In this document: positions 19,399-29,801 of the stretch, in pieces
Numbering within the stretch: position 1 is the first letter of the stretch
How the letters are laid out: every line of letters starts with the position of its first letter
Source of the DNA: a virus
Lineage: Duplodnaviria; Caudoviricetes
Virus record (IMG/VR): IMGVR_UViG_3300032303_002003
Coordinates: 32,001 to 96,000 of that record
Length of the DNA stretch: 64,000 nt
Reading direction: 5' to 3' (one strand)
Position numbers and translations under genes: made by a program
The notes under the pieces: model-generated
Databases searched by the model: none
Told to the model about the DNA's origin: nothing
Seen by the model: only the letters and a program-made list of their open reading frames with translations

Positions 19399-20633
19399 AG
19401 AACAAGTCCTTCAGGTGAAATTTTAATTTGTTTATCTTTATTTTCAAAAATCAAATTTTTCTTATTGGTTTTACCAACAAAAACAAAGGTACGATTTTCT
19501 TCTAAAAATTTTTGTGATGCAAGTTCTTGTTCAATAGTTTCACTTAATTTGATAACGTCTTTCATTTTTCTTTTTGCATCAGATTTAGTAACTAATTTTC
19601 TTTTTTGTTGACTTTCTTTAATCATTCTTTGTTCTTTATCTGAAACTTGGAAATATTTTGAAATAACTTTATCAATTTTTGATTCACCAAAAATGCTATC
19701 AATTATTGAACCATATAATGAACCTTCTCCCATTTCTCCTTCAGGTTCTGTACCCATATCTGCAGGCATTTCACCTCCCATATCTTCTCCGCCCATATCC
19801 GGCATTTCATTTCCCATATCTTCTCCACCCATATCTTCCATTCCTTCTTCTTCGTCAAATTTTGAAATGATATCTTCCTTATCTTCTTCTGATAAATTTT
19901 TTAAGTCAGCAGCGGATAAAACCATATTAATAACGTACTTAATATTTTCAGATGTTAACCCTTTTTCATTATCAAATTCTCTCATTTTCTGGGTTAATTT
20001 ACCTGTAAGTTTTTGAATTGATTTGAATGTAACTTCTTCTTCTTTTCCACCCATATCAGGCATTCCTTCATCACCTCCCATATTTTCCATATCAGGCATT
20101 TCACCGCCCATATCCCCTGTTGGTATTTCACCGCCTTCAGGTGAAGGAGGAGTTGCCTCAGGTGATGGTGGTAATTCAGGTGTAGGAACCGCAGGAGGTG
20201 CTGCAGGTGCCGGTGGCATATCCGCAGTTGGTTCATCTTCTGCCGGTGCAGATTTTGGAGTTTTTAAAACAAACTTTTTTTGTTCTCCAAATAAAGAAGT
20301 ACCTTCTTCATTCTCAGTCAATCTATTAACTTCTTTTGTTAAAAGATTTAATCTTTTTAGAGCTTGAGAATATGAAGAATAATACTTTCTGTTTTTCATA
20401 GGTTCAATATAATCAGTCGCAGATTCAGAAATTGTTTTTTTGATGATATAACCCTGTTTTTCTTTTACAATTTCATAGTTATTTCCATCAGCCAAACTAA
20501 TTCCATATTCTGACCTATATGTTTCGTTGATGTTGGATGGTCTATTTTCATTATATCTTGAGAGTTCAATTATTCTCTTGATTTTTTCTTGCCCTTCCAA
20601 TTTTTCACTTCCGAGCGGTTTTAAGTCTCCCAT
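19395..20633 (-). CDS. putative head-associated protein with Pro-rich and DMGGE repeats
   Basis: 412 aa, low-complexity acidic linkers like the scaffold; TATTTAT upstream. Confidence 0.6.
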   Translation of the reverse strand: MGDLKPLGSEKLEGQEKIKRIIELSRYNENRPSNINETYRSEYGISLADGNNYEIVKEKQGYIIKKTISESATDYIEPMKNRKYYSSYSQALKRLNLLTKEVNRLTENEEGTSLFGEQKKFVLKTPKSAPAEDEPTADMPPAPAAPPAVPTPELPPSPEATPPSPEGGEIPTGDMGGEMPDMENMGGDEGMPDMGGKEEEVTFKSIQKLTGKLTQKMREFDNEKGLTSENIKYVINMVLSAADLKNLSEEDKEDIISKFDEEEGMEDMGGEDMGNEMPDMGGEDMGGEMPADMGTEPEGEMGEGSLYGSIIDSIFGESKIDKVISKYFQVSDKEQRMIKESQQKRKLVTKSDAKRKMKDVIKLSETIEQELASQKFLEENRTFVFVGKTNKKNLIFENKDKQIKISPEGLVL

Positions 20634-20694
20634 ATTTTGAGTTTTTAAATTATTTTAATTTTTCTTTATAAATATACGATAAATAGTAAATATT

Positions 20695-21435
20695 TTATTC
20701 TATCGTTTTTCTTTCAATAGATAATTCTTTATCTTTAAGTTTTGTTTTAAGTTCAAATAACCTACCGATATACCCTGAACGTCTCAAATACTTAAAAACC
20801 AAATTTTCATAAGATAGTTCCCCTTCTTTTTCTAAACCTGATTGTCTATATTCTTTAATTTTTTCTTTAAGCTCTTTTAATTTTTTTCCGTCATTTCCTT
20901 CTTTTGCGTCTTCAAGTGCCTTGTCTATCTTTGTTGTCCAAGTTTTAATTTTGGTTTTTAATAATTCCATATCAATATTCTTATGTTTTTTCGGTGGGAT
21001 ATTAACCCACTCATCATACATTATAGAATATATCCCTTCACTAAATTTTTCATCTTTTGCGTCCTGGGCGTAAACTTCAACATCAAAACCATAAATTTTT
21101 ATGTCGTGTTTATCATTAAATGAGTCCTTTTTCAAATCAAACATTTCTTTATAAAGCTCAGGATTATCTAAACCTTCAAAATCAACTAAAAGGTGTAAGT
21201 CAAAATCTGAATATTCCGACCAATTAAAATTGGCTAATGAACCCATTAAATGAATATCTACTATGAATACATCTTCACCTAATTCATCAGAAAACTCATC
21301 AGCAATTTTTAATAATTTTGTTCTAATATTATTTTTAAGTTTTGCTTTTTTTGGTTCTGCGGGATTTTCCCAAACTTTGGGATTTAGAGTATCCCTAACT
21401 TCAAAACTATTCAATATTTTTTGAAAATCTTTCAT
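20695..21435 (-). CDS. nucleotidyltransferase (Pol beta superfamily)
   Basis: hGS...SDFDLH motif (LMGSLANFNWSEYSDFDLH) and a later acidic residue (VEVYAQD). Confidence 0.8.
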   Translation of the reverse strand: MKDFQKILNSFEVRDTLNPKVWENPAEPKKAKLKNNIRTKLLKIADEFSDELGEDVFIVDIHLMGSLANFNWSEYSDFDLHLLVDFEGLDNPELYKEMFDLKKDSFNDKHDIKIYGFDVEVYAQDAKDEKFSEGIYSIMYDEWVNIPPKKHKNIDMELLKTKIKTWTTKIDKALEDAKEGNDGKKLKELKEKIKEYRQSGLEKEGELSYENLVFKYLRRSGYIGRLFELKTKLKDKELSIERKTIE

Positions 21436-21456
21436 TAATAATAAATAGTTGGATAA

Positions 21457-21699
21457 TTAGAGTTTTTTATATTTGTATTTTTTTGCTATTTCAGCCATAA
21501 AAAATTTTCCTTGAGATTCTGCGGTTCTAAATTTTGTGTAGATTTGGTGGGGGACATTTTCATACTCATAAACTAACCCGTTATTAAATTCTGTAATAAG
21601 TGATTTTGTCTCTGTATCAAATGTTGTTTTTTTAATGTTTGAAGACTCAATTTCATTAATAATCTTCGTCCCATCTATCATCTCTCTTTTTACTGCCAT
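21457..21699 (-). CDS. KTSC domain protein
   Basis: SSNI....FD....L..EF.NG.VYEY.NVP..IY..F..AES.GKFF pattern. Confidence 0.88.
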   Translation of the reverse strand: MAVKREMIDGTKIINEIESSNIKKTTFDTETKSLITEFNNGLVYEYENVPHQIYTKFRTAESQGKFFMAEIAKKYKYKKL

Positions 21700-21991
21700 C
21701 TTTTAAAGGTGTTAATTCGTTTATTTGTTTTAACTTTGGAATCATATGTTCTTCAAATTCTTCCCAAGTAATATCAAAATAAGATTTTAAGTCATTAAAT
21801 AAAGTCAATTTTTCATTTTGCATACTGTGATGCAACCTCATCAATTCTTCTGTATAAAATGGAGGTTTCTCCAAATCTTTTTCACTCCATTCGTATTTTT
21901 GAAATAGTTCCCTTAACTCTTTGTAAATTGAAAGGAATTTTTTATCAAAATCACTATACTTTAAAAATTTTTCAAATGGTTTTAGTTTCAT
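21656..21991 (-). CDS. hypothetical protein
   Basis: 111 aa ORF, TATTTAT upstream. Confidence 0.6.
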   Translation of the reverse strand: MKLKPFEKFLKYSDFDKKFLSIYKELRELFQKYEWSEKDLEKPPFYTEELMRLHHSMQNEKLTLFNDLKSYFDITWEEFEEHMIPKLKQINELTPLKDGSKKRDDRWDEDY

Positions 21992-22053
21992 AATATATAA
22001 ATATTAAAAAACCCCTCTTTTTTAAGGAGGGGTTAGTTTTTTTTCAAATAGTT

Positions 22054-22986
22054 TCATCGTGGACCTTTAACGGTTTTGTCTTTTGATATGTCGGCGTGTA
22101 ATCCGCTATATAATGCTTGAGCTTCAGTTTTTGAACCATTTTCGTTTTTACTAGAAAAATGTGGATACTGAGTTACAAACTCTTTCCATTCATTATAATT
22201 GGGGAAGTAGTGAGTATTTTGAAATACCTCACCTGATGGCGTATCTTCTCTCCAAGAAACACTAAAATTGGTTATAGGATTTGTTCTTGGTGGTTGTGAT
22301 TGTACAACCTTTTTTTCGGGTGTAAAATCTGGATTAGTATTTTTTATGTTTTCGGGGGTTTTAATTGGTTCTATAGGTTTTATTGGGGTACTTGTTTGAA
22401 GTGTTGGTTTTTCACCGGGGTCGGCATAATAAGGACTTCTGGCAATACCATCATAATAAGCCCCTTGTGGTTTTAAATATTTATGAACCAAATCCGGAGA
22501 GGAATATTCACCAATTGCGATAGGAAAATTAAATTTTAAACTTTTATAATAATTTAAAATTTTAAAATCACCATATTTTGCATCCATAGGGTCATTACTC
22601 TCAGGATTAGAATTACGACTTAATATGTTATAATCGGTACCAAGACTTTCTCCCTTAATAATATTACCAGGGGTTGTTTTATAATTTCTAATTAAATTTT
22701 TATATAGTTTTTCAAAAGTATAATTACCTCCGTATTTGTTTAACACCTCTACTCTTGATTTTATATCTTCTTTCCAGTTACAATTAGTTTTTTGAAAAAG
22801 ATATGCTTTATGTAAACTAACTGCATCCTCCCAATATTTTAATGCACAATTATATTCCTGTTCATTATCATAAACCTTTTTTTTAGGGTCATACTTGAAT
22901 TTTGAACAGTTTTTATTTGATTCGGGTTCTTCATTAAGAATTCCCATTATTGATTTAATTCTTGATAGTTGTTCATTTAATTTCAT
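22054..22986 (-). CDS. hypothetical protein with class B leader (MKLNEQLSRIKSIMGILNE)
   Basis: Start moved to ATG four nt after TATTTAT. Confidence 0.7.
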   Translation of the reverse strand: MKLNEQLSRIKSIMGILNEEPESNKNCSKFKYDPKKKVYDNEQEYNCALKYWEDAVSLHKAYLFQKTNCNWKEDIKSRVEVLNKYGGNYTFEKLYKNLIRNYKTTPGNIIKGESLGTDYNILSRNSNPESNDPMDAKYGDFKILNYYKSLKFNFPIAIGEYSSPDLVHKYLKPQGAYYDGIARSPYYADPGEKPTLQTSTPIKPIEPIKTPENIKNTNPDFTPEKKVVQSQPPRTNPITNFSVSWREDTPSGEVFQNTHYFPNYNEWKEFVTQYPHFSSKNENGSKTEAQALYSGLHADISKDKTVKGPR

Positions 22987-23039
22987 GATAATAAATACCA
23001 TCATAAATTAAAAAACCCCCAATTAAGGGGGTTCCGTTT

Positions 23040-23426
23040 TTACAACAAACTTATTCTTTTTTTCTTTTCCGTTTTTTTGTAGTTCGCAACAAAGACAGTA
23101 AGTATACCATCTTCAATTGTTGCTTCAATGTTGTCGGGGTTATACTCTTGTCCGATTCTGAATTTTTGTGAAATAACTTTTTCTGTGTCTTCACCATTTA
23201 ATTTATATGTTCTTTTACCTTCAATGTAAAGAACTCCCCCTTCCATTTCTACTTTTAGATTTGACTTATTAAAGCCAGGAACATCAAAGAATAAGTAAGC
23301 TCCGTCTTTGGTGTAGTTTACCTCATAAGGTTCTTTATCTGAATTTTTAACAACCATATTGCTATAAGTAGGTTGTGCGAAAAATCCATCAAAAAATTTG
23401 TCAAAATGTGAATTCAAGTAAATCAT
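23040..23426 (-). CDS. small heat shock protein (Hsp20)
   Basis: DVPGFNKSNLKVEMEGGVLYIEG and IEATIEDGILTV alpha-crystallin motifs. Confidence 0.88.
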   Translation of the reverse strand: MIYLNSHFDKFFDGFFAQPTYSNMVVKNSDKEPYEVNYTKDGAYLFFDVPGFNKSNLKVEMEGGVLYIEGKRTYKLNGEDTEKVISQKFRIGQEYNPDNIEATIEDGILTVFVANYKKTEKKKRISLL

Positions 23427-23502
23427 AGTTTTTTTGTTTTATTTTTTAAATTTATTTAATTATCTTTGTTTTGTCAAGTTATGTGCCAACACAACATATT
23501 AT

Positions 23503-23544
23503 GACAAAATGACATACATAGAAAATTTTCAGGACAATTTGACA
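23503..23544. promoter_or_regulatory. candidate operator between divergent hsp20 and clpC
   Basis: GACAAnnTGACA twice, at 23503 and 23533. Confidence 0.4.
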
Positions 23545-23596
23545 AAAAGTTTGGTAATGTCCGAAATTTGATGAACCTTTGTAAAAATTATAAATT

Positions 23597-25657
23597 ATGA
23601 ATGAACTAATGGATGATGATGACAAAATGATGAGTAAGAAAAAAACCTCGTCAGAAAGTGATACACCTGTGTTAGATAATTTCAGTAGGGATTTAATTAA
23701 ACTTGCCGAACAAGGTAAATTAGACCCTGTTATTGGTAGAGAAAAAGAAATCCTACGTATCGCACAGATTTTATCTCGCAGAAAGAAAAATAACCCAATT
23801 ATTATTGGTGACCCAGGTTGTGGTAAAACCGCAATTGTTGAGGGATTGGCAATTAAAATCTATAATGGTGATTGCCCGAGAAATTTGGTAGATAAAAGAA
23901 TTGTTGAACTTGATTTGACTTCCGTTGTTGCTGGTACAAAATACAGAGGACAATTTGAGGAAAGATTGAAAGTTATTATGGAAGAACTCCATAACAATCC
24001 AAACATTATTGTCTTTATTGATGAAATCCACACCTTGGTTGGTTCGGGAAACTCTTCAGGTTCTATGGATGGCTCCAACATCTTTAAACCTGCTCTTGCT
24101 CGTGGTGAACTCCAATGCATCGGTGCAACAACCCTCAATGAATTCAGAAAGAATATTGAAAAGGATGGAGCACTTGAACGCAGATTCCAAAAAATAATTG
24201 TTGAACCTTCATCAGTTAAGGAAACAATTGAGATTCTTAAAAACATCAGAGAAAAATATGAAACCTATCACAAGGTGAATTATAGTGATGAAGTAATTGA
24301 AGCTTGTGTTAAACTTGCGGACAGATATATCACGGATAGAGGTTTTCCTGATAAAGCATTTGATATTTTGGATGAAGTTGGGGCAAGAATGCAAACCGAA
24401 GTAAAAGTTCCTGAAGAAATTGAGGTATTGAAAAAACAAGCGGCGGAATTGAAACAATTAAAAGTTGACGTTGTTAAAAGACAACAATACGAGAAAGCAG
24501 CAGAGTTAAGAGATAAGGAGAAAAAACTTTTGGGTAAATTGGAAGCGGAGAAAAAGAAGTTTGAAGAGCAGATGCAAAAAGATAAACAAAAAATTTCTGT
24601 TGAGGATGTTTATAGTGTTGTATCTACAATGACAAACATTCCTGTAAGTAAAATGAATGTTGACGATAATGCGGCACTCATAAATCTTGATAAATCCTTA
24701 ATTGATAAGGTTATTGGACAGAATAATGCGGTTATTAAAATTGCAAAATCAATTAAAAGAAACAGATTAGGTATTAAAGACCCAAATCGTCCAATTGGTT
24801 CATTTGTATTTCTTGGTTCAACAGGTGTTGGTAAGACATATCTCGCAAAACAACTGGCAAAAGAGATTTTCGGTAGTGAAGATTCACTCATTAGAGTTGA
24901 TATGTCGGAATATCAAGAGAAACATAGTATATCAAAAATGTTAGGCACTACCGCTGGTTATGTTGGGTATGATGATGGAGGATTTTTAACTGAAAAAGTA
25001 AAAAATAAACCATATTCTGTAATTTTATTTGACGAGGTTGAGAAGGCTCATAAAGACATATTCACAATATTACTTCAAATTTTAGATGATGGGTATGTGA
25101 CTGACGGACAAGGTAGAAAAATCAACTTCAAAAATACTTTAATCATTTTGACTTCAAATATCGGAGTTAAAAAATTACAGGACTTTGGAACAGGAATTGG
25201 TTTTAGCACAAATGCTTATAGCAATGAAGAGGCTAAAAAACAAATGCTAATGAAAGAAATGAAAAACTTTTTCTCTCCCGAATTTATCAATAGGATTGAT
25301 GATACAATAGTATTCAACACATTAAATTCTGACGATATTAAGAAAATTACTAAAATTGAATTAGATAAGTTAATGGAAAGAATTAAAGGGATGAATTATA
25401 CTTTCACATATGATGATAAATTGGTTGATTTAATACATAAAGTGGGGTATGATGAAACTTATGGAGCAAGACCAATTAAAAGAGCAATTCAAGATAGGGT
25501 TGAGGATTACATCTCAGAAGAAATACTTAAAGGTATTGTTAAAGAAGGAGAATCTAGATTTATTGATGTTATTGACGACCAATTAGTTTTGATTCAATCG
25601 CCCGAAGTAGAAGAGGAAACCAAGAAAAGAACAAGAAAAAAGAGAGGGGTTAACTAA
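23597..25657 (+). CDS. clpC: ClpC-like Hsp100 ATPase lacking the N-terminal Clp repeats
   Basis: Two AAA modules ([14 protein letters not shown]; [17 protein letters not shown]), UVR-like YEKAAELRD middle domain, IGF ClpP-docking loop. Confidence 0.9.
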   Translation: MNELMDDDDKMMSKKKTSSESDTPVLDNFSRDLIKLAEQGKLDPVIGREKEILRIAQILSRRKKNNPIIIGDPGCGKTAIVEGLAIKIYNGDCPRNLVDKRIVELDLTSVVAGTKYRGQFEERLKVIMEELHNNPNIIVFIDEIHTLVGSGNSSGSMDGSNIFKPALARGELQCIGATTLNEFRKNIEKDGALERRFQKIIVEPSSVKETIEILKNIREKYETYHKVNYSDEVIEACVKLADRYITDRGFPDKAFDILDEVGARMQTEVKVPEEIEVLKKQAAELKQLKVDVVKRQQYEKAAELRDKEKKLLGKLEAEKKKFEEQMQKDKQKISVEDVYSVVSTMTNIPVSKMNVDDNAALINLDKSLIDKVIGQNNAVIKIAKSIKRNRLGIKDPNRPIGSFVFLGSTGVGKTYLAKQLAKEIFGSEDSLIRVDMSEYQEKHSISKMLGTTAGYVGYDDGGFLTEKVKNKPYSVILFDEVEKAHKDIFTILLQILDDGYVTDGQGRKINFKNTLIILTSNIGVKKLQDFGTGIGFSTNAYSNEEAKKQMLMKEMKNFFSPEFINRIDDTIVFNTLNSDDIKKITKIELDKLMERIKGMNYTFTYDDKLVDLIHKVGYDETYGARPIKRAIQDRVEDYISEEILKGIVKEGESRFIDVIDDQLVLIQSPEVEEETKKRTRKKRGVN

Positions 25658-25772
25658 TCCCTCTTTTTATTTCTTCAATAATTTCATCATCAGTTAAAAA
25701 ATAAGGTAATCTTATTAATTTAATACCTTCTAATTTACAAAAAATATTTTTTATCTCAATTATTGATAATTT
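25650..25772 (-). pseudogene. C-terminal remnant of a Vsr/DUF559-like endonuclease
   Basis: Start-less frame [40 protein letters not shown]; KN.FC...GI.LIR.PY is typical of these C-termini. Confidence 0.55.
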
Positions 25773-26132
25773 TTATTTACACCAATTTTCAGATAAACGT
25801 TGTTCAAGACCTGCGTCCGTATATACTTTACCATCTCCACCCAAAGAAACACCAGTTAATTTTCCTGTTTGACAACTGAAACCTATTTCGTGTCTACCTT
25901 GACCACCAAAATTAACTACGAGTATTTGACTATACGGAGATTTTTGATTAGTTGTTTTTGAAGGGTTATAAATTTTTTCTATCTTTCCAAGCATTTTTTT
26001 CTTGCTTGTTTCCATAATAAAATTCATTTGAGAACCAATAATTGAGCCGCTATAATTATTTTTTTGTTCTTTTATAACTCTTTTAACCAATCTTGTTAAA
26101 TCAGATTCTGTTAATCTTACAATTTTTGCCAT
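25773..26132 (-). CDS. hypothetical protein with class A leader (MAKIVRLTESDLTRLVKRVIKE)
   Basis: ORF track; shared leader; TATTTAT upstream. Confidence 0.7.
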   Translation of the reverse strand: MAKIVRLTESDLTRLVKRVIKEQKNNYSGSIIGSQMNFIMETSKKKMLGKIEKIYNPSKTTNQKSPYSQILVVNFGGQGRHEIGFSCQTGKLTGVSLGGDGKVYTDAGLEQRLSENWCK

Positions 26133-26203
26133 AATATTAATTTTATAAATAAATATCTCATAAAATTAAAAATCCCCACTTCTAATAAGAGTGGGGATTT
26201 AAA

Positions 26204-27043
26204 TTAAAATATTGAACTGTAAGTTCTTTTCTTCTCGTCCTGTCGTTTTTTGTGTTTGATATACCCAAGGGACTCAATCATCTGTTTACCTATCTCAATT
26301 CCATTATAAACATCCTCAATCACCACATATTCATTTCTTGTGTGATAGTCATAATAACCAATTGAAAAGTTGATACAAGCAAAATCAAATTTGTCTGATA
26401 AAGCATAAACATCAGTATAAGGATGAACCATATATCTCATTCTATCATTATCCATCCCTTCGGTTAATACCTTATCACATTTCTCAAAAAAGTCAGAATC
26501 TCTATCAAAAAGGACATTTCCAAAACACTGTTCGGTAATCATCCAGTTTTCAGGGGCATCAAATTGAATACCGTATCCAACATTTTCAAAAAAAGTTGGG
26601 TCCGCCATTCGTGAGCCGTGACATCCCGTTTCTTCTGAAACAAAGAAAGCGGCTTTAACATATGGTAATTCTTGTAAAAGTGTTAAACAAGCAAACACAC
26701 CACATTTATCATCACCACCAATTCCTGTTGGAAGATTATCATCGTTATATGCCTTCAAAGATGGTTTTAATTCACCTTGAGCGTTCTTTAACATCTCTTC
26801 TCTAACATTTATTGTATCAAGATTGTGAACTGTATCTGTGTGAGAGATTACACAAGGAAAATAAAAGTCATCTGAAACTTCTTGTTCCTTCTTGGTTGCA
26901 TAAACATTACCATAATCATCCATATAATGGTTGATGTTATTTTCTGTTAACCAATTTAACAGATAGATAATCATTTTTTCTTCTTTATATGTTTTGGTGG
27001 GGACTGAAAGAACCTCTTTTAATAATTCTAAATTTTGTATCAT
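26204..27043 (-). CDS. M28/M20-type zinc peptidase
   Basis: SHTDTV, GGDDKCG, SEETGC and YHT metal-binding motifs; TATCTTTG upstream. Confidence 0.85.
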   Translation of the reverse strand: MIQNLELLKEVLSVPTKTYKEEKMIIYLLNWLTENNINHYMDDYGNVYATKKEQEVSDDFYFPCVISHTDTVHNLDTINVREEMLKNAQGELKPSLKAYNDDNLPTGIGGDDKCGVFACLTLLQELPYVKAAFFVSEETGCHGSRMADPTFFENVGYGIQFDAPENWMITEQCFGNVLFDRDSDFFEKCDKVLTEGMDNDRMRYMVHPYTDVYALSDKFDFACINFSIGYYDYHTRNEYVVIEDVYNGIEIGKQMIESLGYIKHKKRQDEKKRTYSSIF

Positions 27044-27086
27044 TTAATATTTGTTTGATACAAAGATAAGTAAAAAATGTGAATAA

Positions 27087-28670
27087 TTAAAATCTTTCAG
27101 GTTTTTTTGTTGGGAAAGTAAAATTTACAAAATTAAATATTTTTTCTTCAATATTTTCCCATCTTCCGAATTCTGATGTTGTTACTGGAGATTCTCTATC
27201 TAAACCCATTGCAGATGCAATTTTTTCAAAATATGTTCTAAAATTTTTATATTCTTCCAAAAACTTTTCATTTTTTTCCCAATTAAACCAATCAGAAGTT
27301 ACAGGTTTTAATTCAACAAACCACACAACACTTCTGTTATAATCATCAGGTATTGAATATCTAATTGTGTTATTATTTTCTTTGGGCCAAACAGAAAAAA
27401 CTTTTAAACCATTTAAACCATCAACAGGAAAACCTTTAATCGCCGCTTTAAAAATATAATCAACAACTTTTTGAAAAGTTTCTTTTGATTTTTCTCCCCC
27501 AAAATGAGATAGACTGGCTTCAGGCTCGGAGAATTTTTTCTTTAAAAAATGGATTGGGTCAAAATATTCTTTTACCACATTTTCTTGCAGTTTGAATAAC
27601 TCGGGGTGATGTAATAGTAATTTTAATCCTTCAATATCAACTTTTCTTAATATTACACTAGCATGCCAATCATAAGGATTTTGTGATAATTTAACCAATA
27701 TTTTTAATGTGTCTCTATCAACGCTCTCAATTCTAAATTTATATTTTTTGTCTTTTGGTAGTTCTTCCCATCTTTGTAAATCATAACCCATCTCAAATAT
27801 TTGTTTATAAATCTGACTAACTCTAAGAGTATCTTCATCTTCCTCAAGTTTTTCAATTATTCTATCAAGTTGGGTTTCAATTCCTCTATTAAATGCAACA
27901 TCATCAAAATTGTCGGAGTCTCTAAACTCATATTGGTTTTCATTCCATCCACCAAGTCTTTCTCTTCCTCTTGAATCACTCATTGTAAATTCACAAATTT
28001 TGGCAAATAAATCTTCAAAATCTAAATCTTTCTCGTTAAGTCTCAAATACCACATTAAAAGATTAGCGGGGGTTGATGTGAGCATATCAAAATTCCTGTA
28101 TAATTTAAAACCAATTTTATTTAAAAATTCGTTTAATTCTGTACTGATTGACTCTTTGGCGGTTATTCTAATTTCTTCATTAAGATATGTATGAAAATAA
28201 TCAATCATATTACTCGCTTCATTTCTAAAAAGTTCATCTAATGTTTTCGCCAAAAGAGAGTTGTCCGATTCGATACTTAATTCAATTTTTTTTCCAATAA
28301 TCATTTGTGAAATTTCTTGGAGCTTTTTCAAATTCTCTTCATTAAAGTTATAAAAAAGTGAGCCGTACCCCTGAATAAAATCATCATACATACTATCATA
28401 AGCTTCAATATCAATATTTGAGTATGAATCCATAACCCTTCTCGCAAACCATCCGTCATCTTCATCTAATCCCAATAATTCAAATATTTTTTCATCATCA
28501 CTAAATTCAAATGTGATTTCTGATTGTGCAGGATTACTTGCACGGGAGATTCTATAGATGTCTTTATCGGCACCATCAAGTTCATCCTCATCAATTTTAC
28601 CCCTCGTATATAATCTTAACGCTTTATATAGAGTTAAGTCTTCATCATCTTCTTCTAATATGAATTTCAC
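27087..28670 (-). CDS. hypothetical acidic late protein
   Basis: 527 aa ORF, GTG start, TATTTAT upstream. Confidence 0.65.
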   Translation of the reverse strand: MKFILEEDDEDLTLYKALRLYTRGKIDEDELDGADKDIYRISRASNPAQSEITFEFSDDEKIFELLGLDEDDGWFARRVMDSYSNIDIEAYDSMYDDFIQGYGSLFYNFNEENLKKLQEISQMIIGKKIELSIESDNSLLAKTLDELFRNEASNMIDYFHTYLNEEIRITAKESISTELNEFLNKIGFKLYRNFDMLTSTPANLLMWYLRLNEKDLDFEDLFAKICEFTMSDSRGRERLGGWNENQYEFRDSDNFDDVAFNRGIETQLDRIIEKLEEDEDTLRVSQIYKQIFEMGYDLQRWEELPKDKKYKFRIESVDRDTLKILVKLSQNPYDWHASVILRKVDIEGLKLLLHHPELFKLQENVVKEYFDPIHFLKKKFSEPEASLSHFGGEKSKETFQKVVDYIFKAAIKGFPVDGLNGLKVFSVWPKENNNTIRYSIPDDYNRSVVWFVELKPVTSDWFNWEKNEKFLEEYKNFRTYFEKIASAMGLDRESPVTTSEFGRWENIEEKIFNFVNFTFPTKKPERF

Positions 28671-28750
28671 ACAAATTTTATTTATAAATATTCTTTTGTT
28701 TTGAATATTGAATATTTATTCTTACCTTTACAAAAGTTATTTGAAATTAT

Positions 28751-29144
28751 GGGGGTGAAATGGAATTGATTGGCGTTTATAGGGTTAGATGGCACGTAGG
28801 AGCTGAATTAACTCCTTAAAAACTGATTTAAAACGTAAATGGCAAAACCATTTCTAAACTTTCTACTCTTGGTCTTATCAGAGAAGAAAGCGTTGTAGCT
28901 GCTTAATTAGTAGAGTACGACATTGGGGTCGGTTAGGACATACACCTTGCAACAGAAGTCCGTTGTACGGGTCACAGGTCAGAGCTCGTTTAAAATAATT
29001 CTGAGACCAAGTTGTTTGCAGGTAGGTTTCTCACATACATCAAACCTGATATTTCGTAACGTTGAGAATTAATGTTGTACTAAACGTGTAGTCATCTGAT
29101 TTTATGGCGAACAAGACTCGGCTTCGACGCCGACACCTCCACCA
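28751..29144 (+). ncRNA. ssrA: tmRNA
   Basis: Acceptor stem GGGGGTG/CACCTCC with G3:U70, T-arm TCGGC-TTCGAC-GCCGA, encoded ACCA end; tag frame 28841..28906 GKTISKLSTLGLIREESVVAA*. Confidence 0.93.
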
Positions 29145-29146
29145 TT

Positions 29147-29173
29147 AAAAAAGGTTCCATCAGGAACCTTTTT
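29147..29173. terminator. bidirectional terminator between tmRNA and HNH gene
   Basis: AAAAAAGGTTCC-ATCA-GGAACCTTTTTT. Confidence 0.85.
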
Positions 29174-29717
29174 TATTTTCAACTAAAATACTAATTAATT
29201 CCCAAGTCATTTCATCCGTCATATCATTTTTCATCCAATTTATTGCTCTTGAAATCCATCTTATGTTACTTTTAATATACCCTATAGAACTATCTATTCT
29301 ATCTAAAGATGCCGAATAAATTGGATTTTTTTGAATTCGTGAGTATGATGATATTTCTAATTTTATTCCTGTAAATTCACAAATACCATTTTGCTTCTCC
29401 CATTGTTCCTTTAAATCATCAATTGTTATATCAATTTCAATATCTCTTACTTTATTTCTTTTTACAATATTTCTAAAATGGTACTTGAATTTTGTATAAT
29501 TATCCTTTCTATTACCTGAATGTTGAGATATATCGTAATCATTTTTTTTATCTCCAAAATTTTTTAAATTATATTTACCGGCGCAGGCCCTATTACAAAA
29601 ATGTTTTCTACCTATTTTTTCACTTCTTTTTATTTCTGTTAAAGGTTTTTCAAATTCAACATTACAATTATGGCAGATACATTTTCCTAATTTTTTAGTG
29701 GATAATCTTTTATTCAT
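29160..29717 (-). CDS. free-standing HNH-type endonuclease with N-terminal zinc finger
   Basis: C..C...FC...C N-terminus; ASLDRIDSSIGYIKSNIRW...IN.MK. Confidence 0.78.
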   Translation of the reverse strand: MNKRLSTKKLGKCICHNCNVEFEKPLTEIKRSEKIGRKHFCNRACAGKYNLKNFGDKKNDYDISQHSGNRKDNYTKFKYHFRNIVKRNKVRDIEIDITIDDLKEQWEKQNGICEFTGIKLEISSYSRIQKNPIYSASLDRIDSSIGYIKSNIRWISRAINWMKNDMTDEMTWELISILVENKKGS

Positions 29718-29735
29718 ATTCTTTTATTATAAATA

Positions 29736-29770
29736 TATGGAGACGGGAAAAAGTTATGGAGACGGGAAAA
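29736..29770. repeat. perfect 16 bp direct repeat TATGGAGACGGGAAAA x2
   Basis: Copies at 29736-29751 and 29755-29770, abutting the TATTTAT motif of the HNH gene. Confidence 0.9.
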
Positions 29771-29801
29771 TTTCTTTTTAATTTATAGTATATTTATCAT
29801 T

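Noticed and set aside
28839-28898. ATG-initiated MAKPFLNFLLLVLSEKKAL as the tmRNA tag or a separate peptide
   Set aside because: The neighbouring frame ends in the canonical AA-stop and starts with Gly after TAAAT, so it is the better tag
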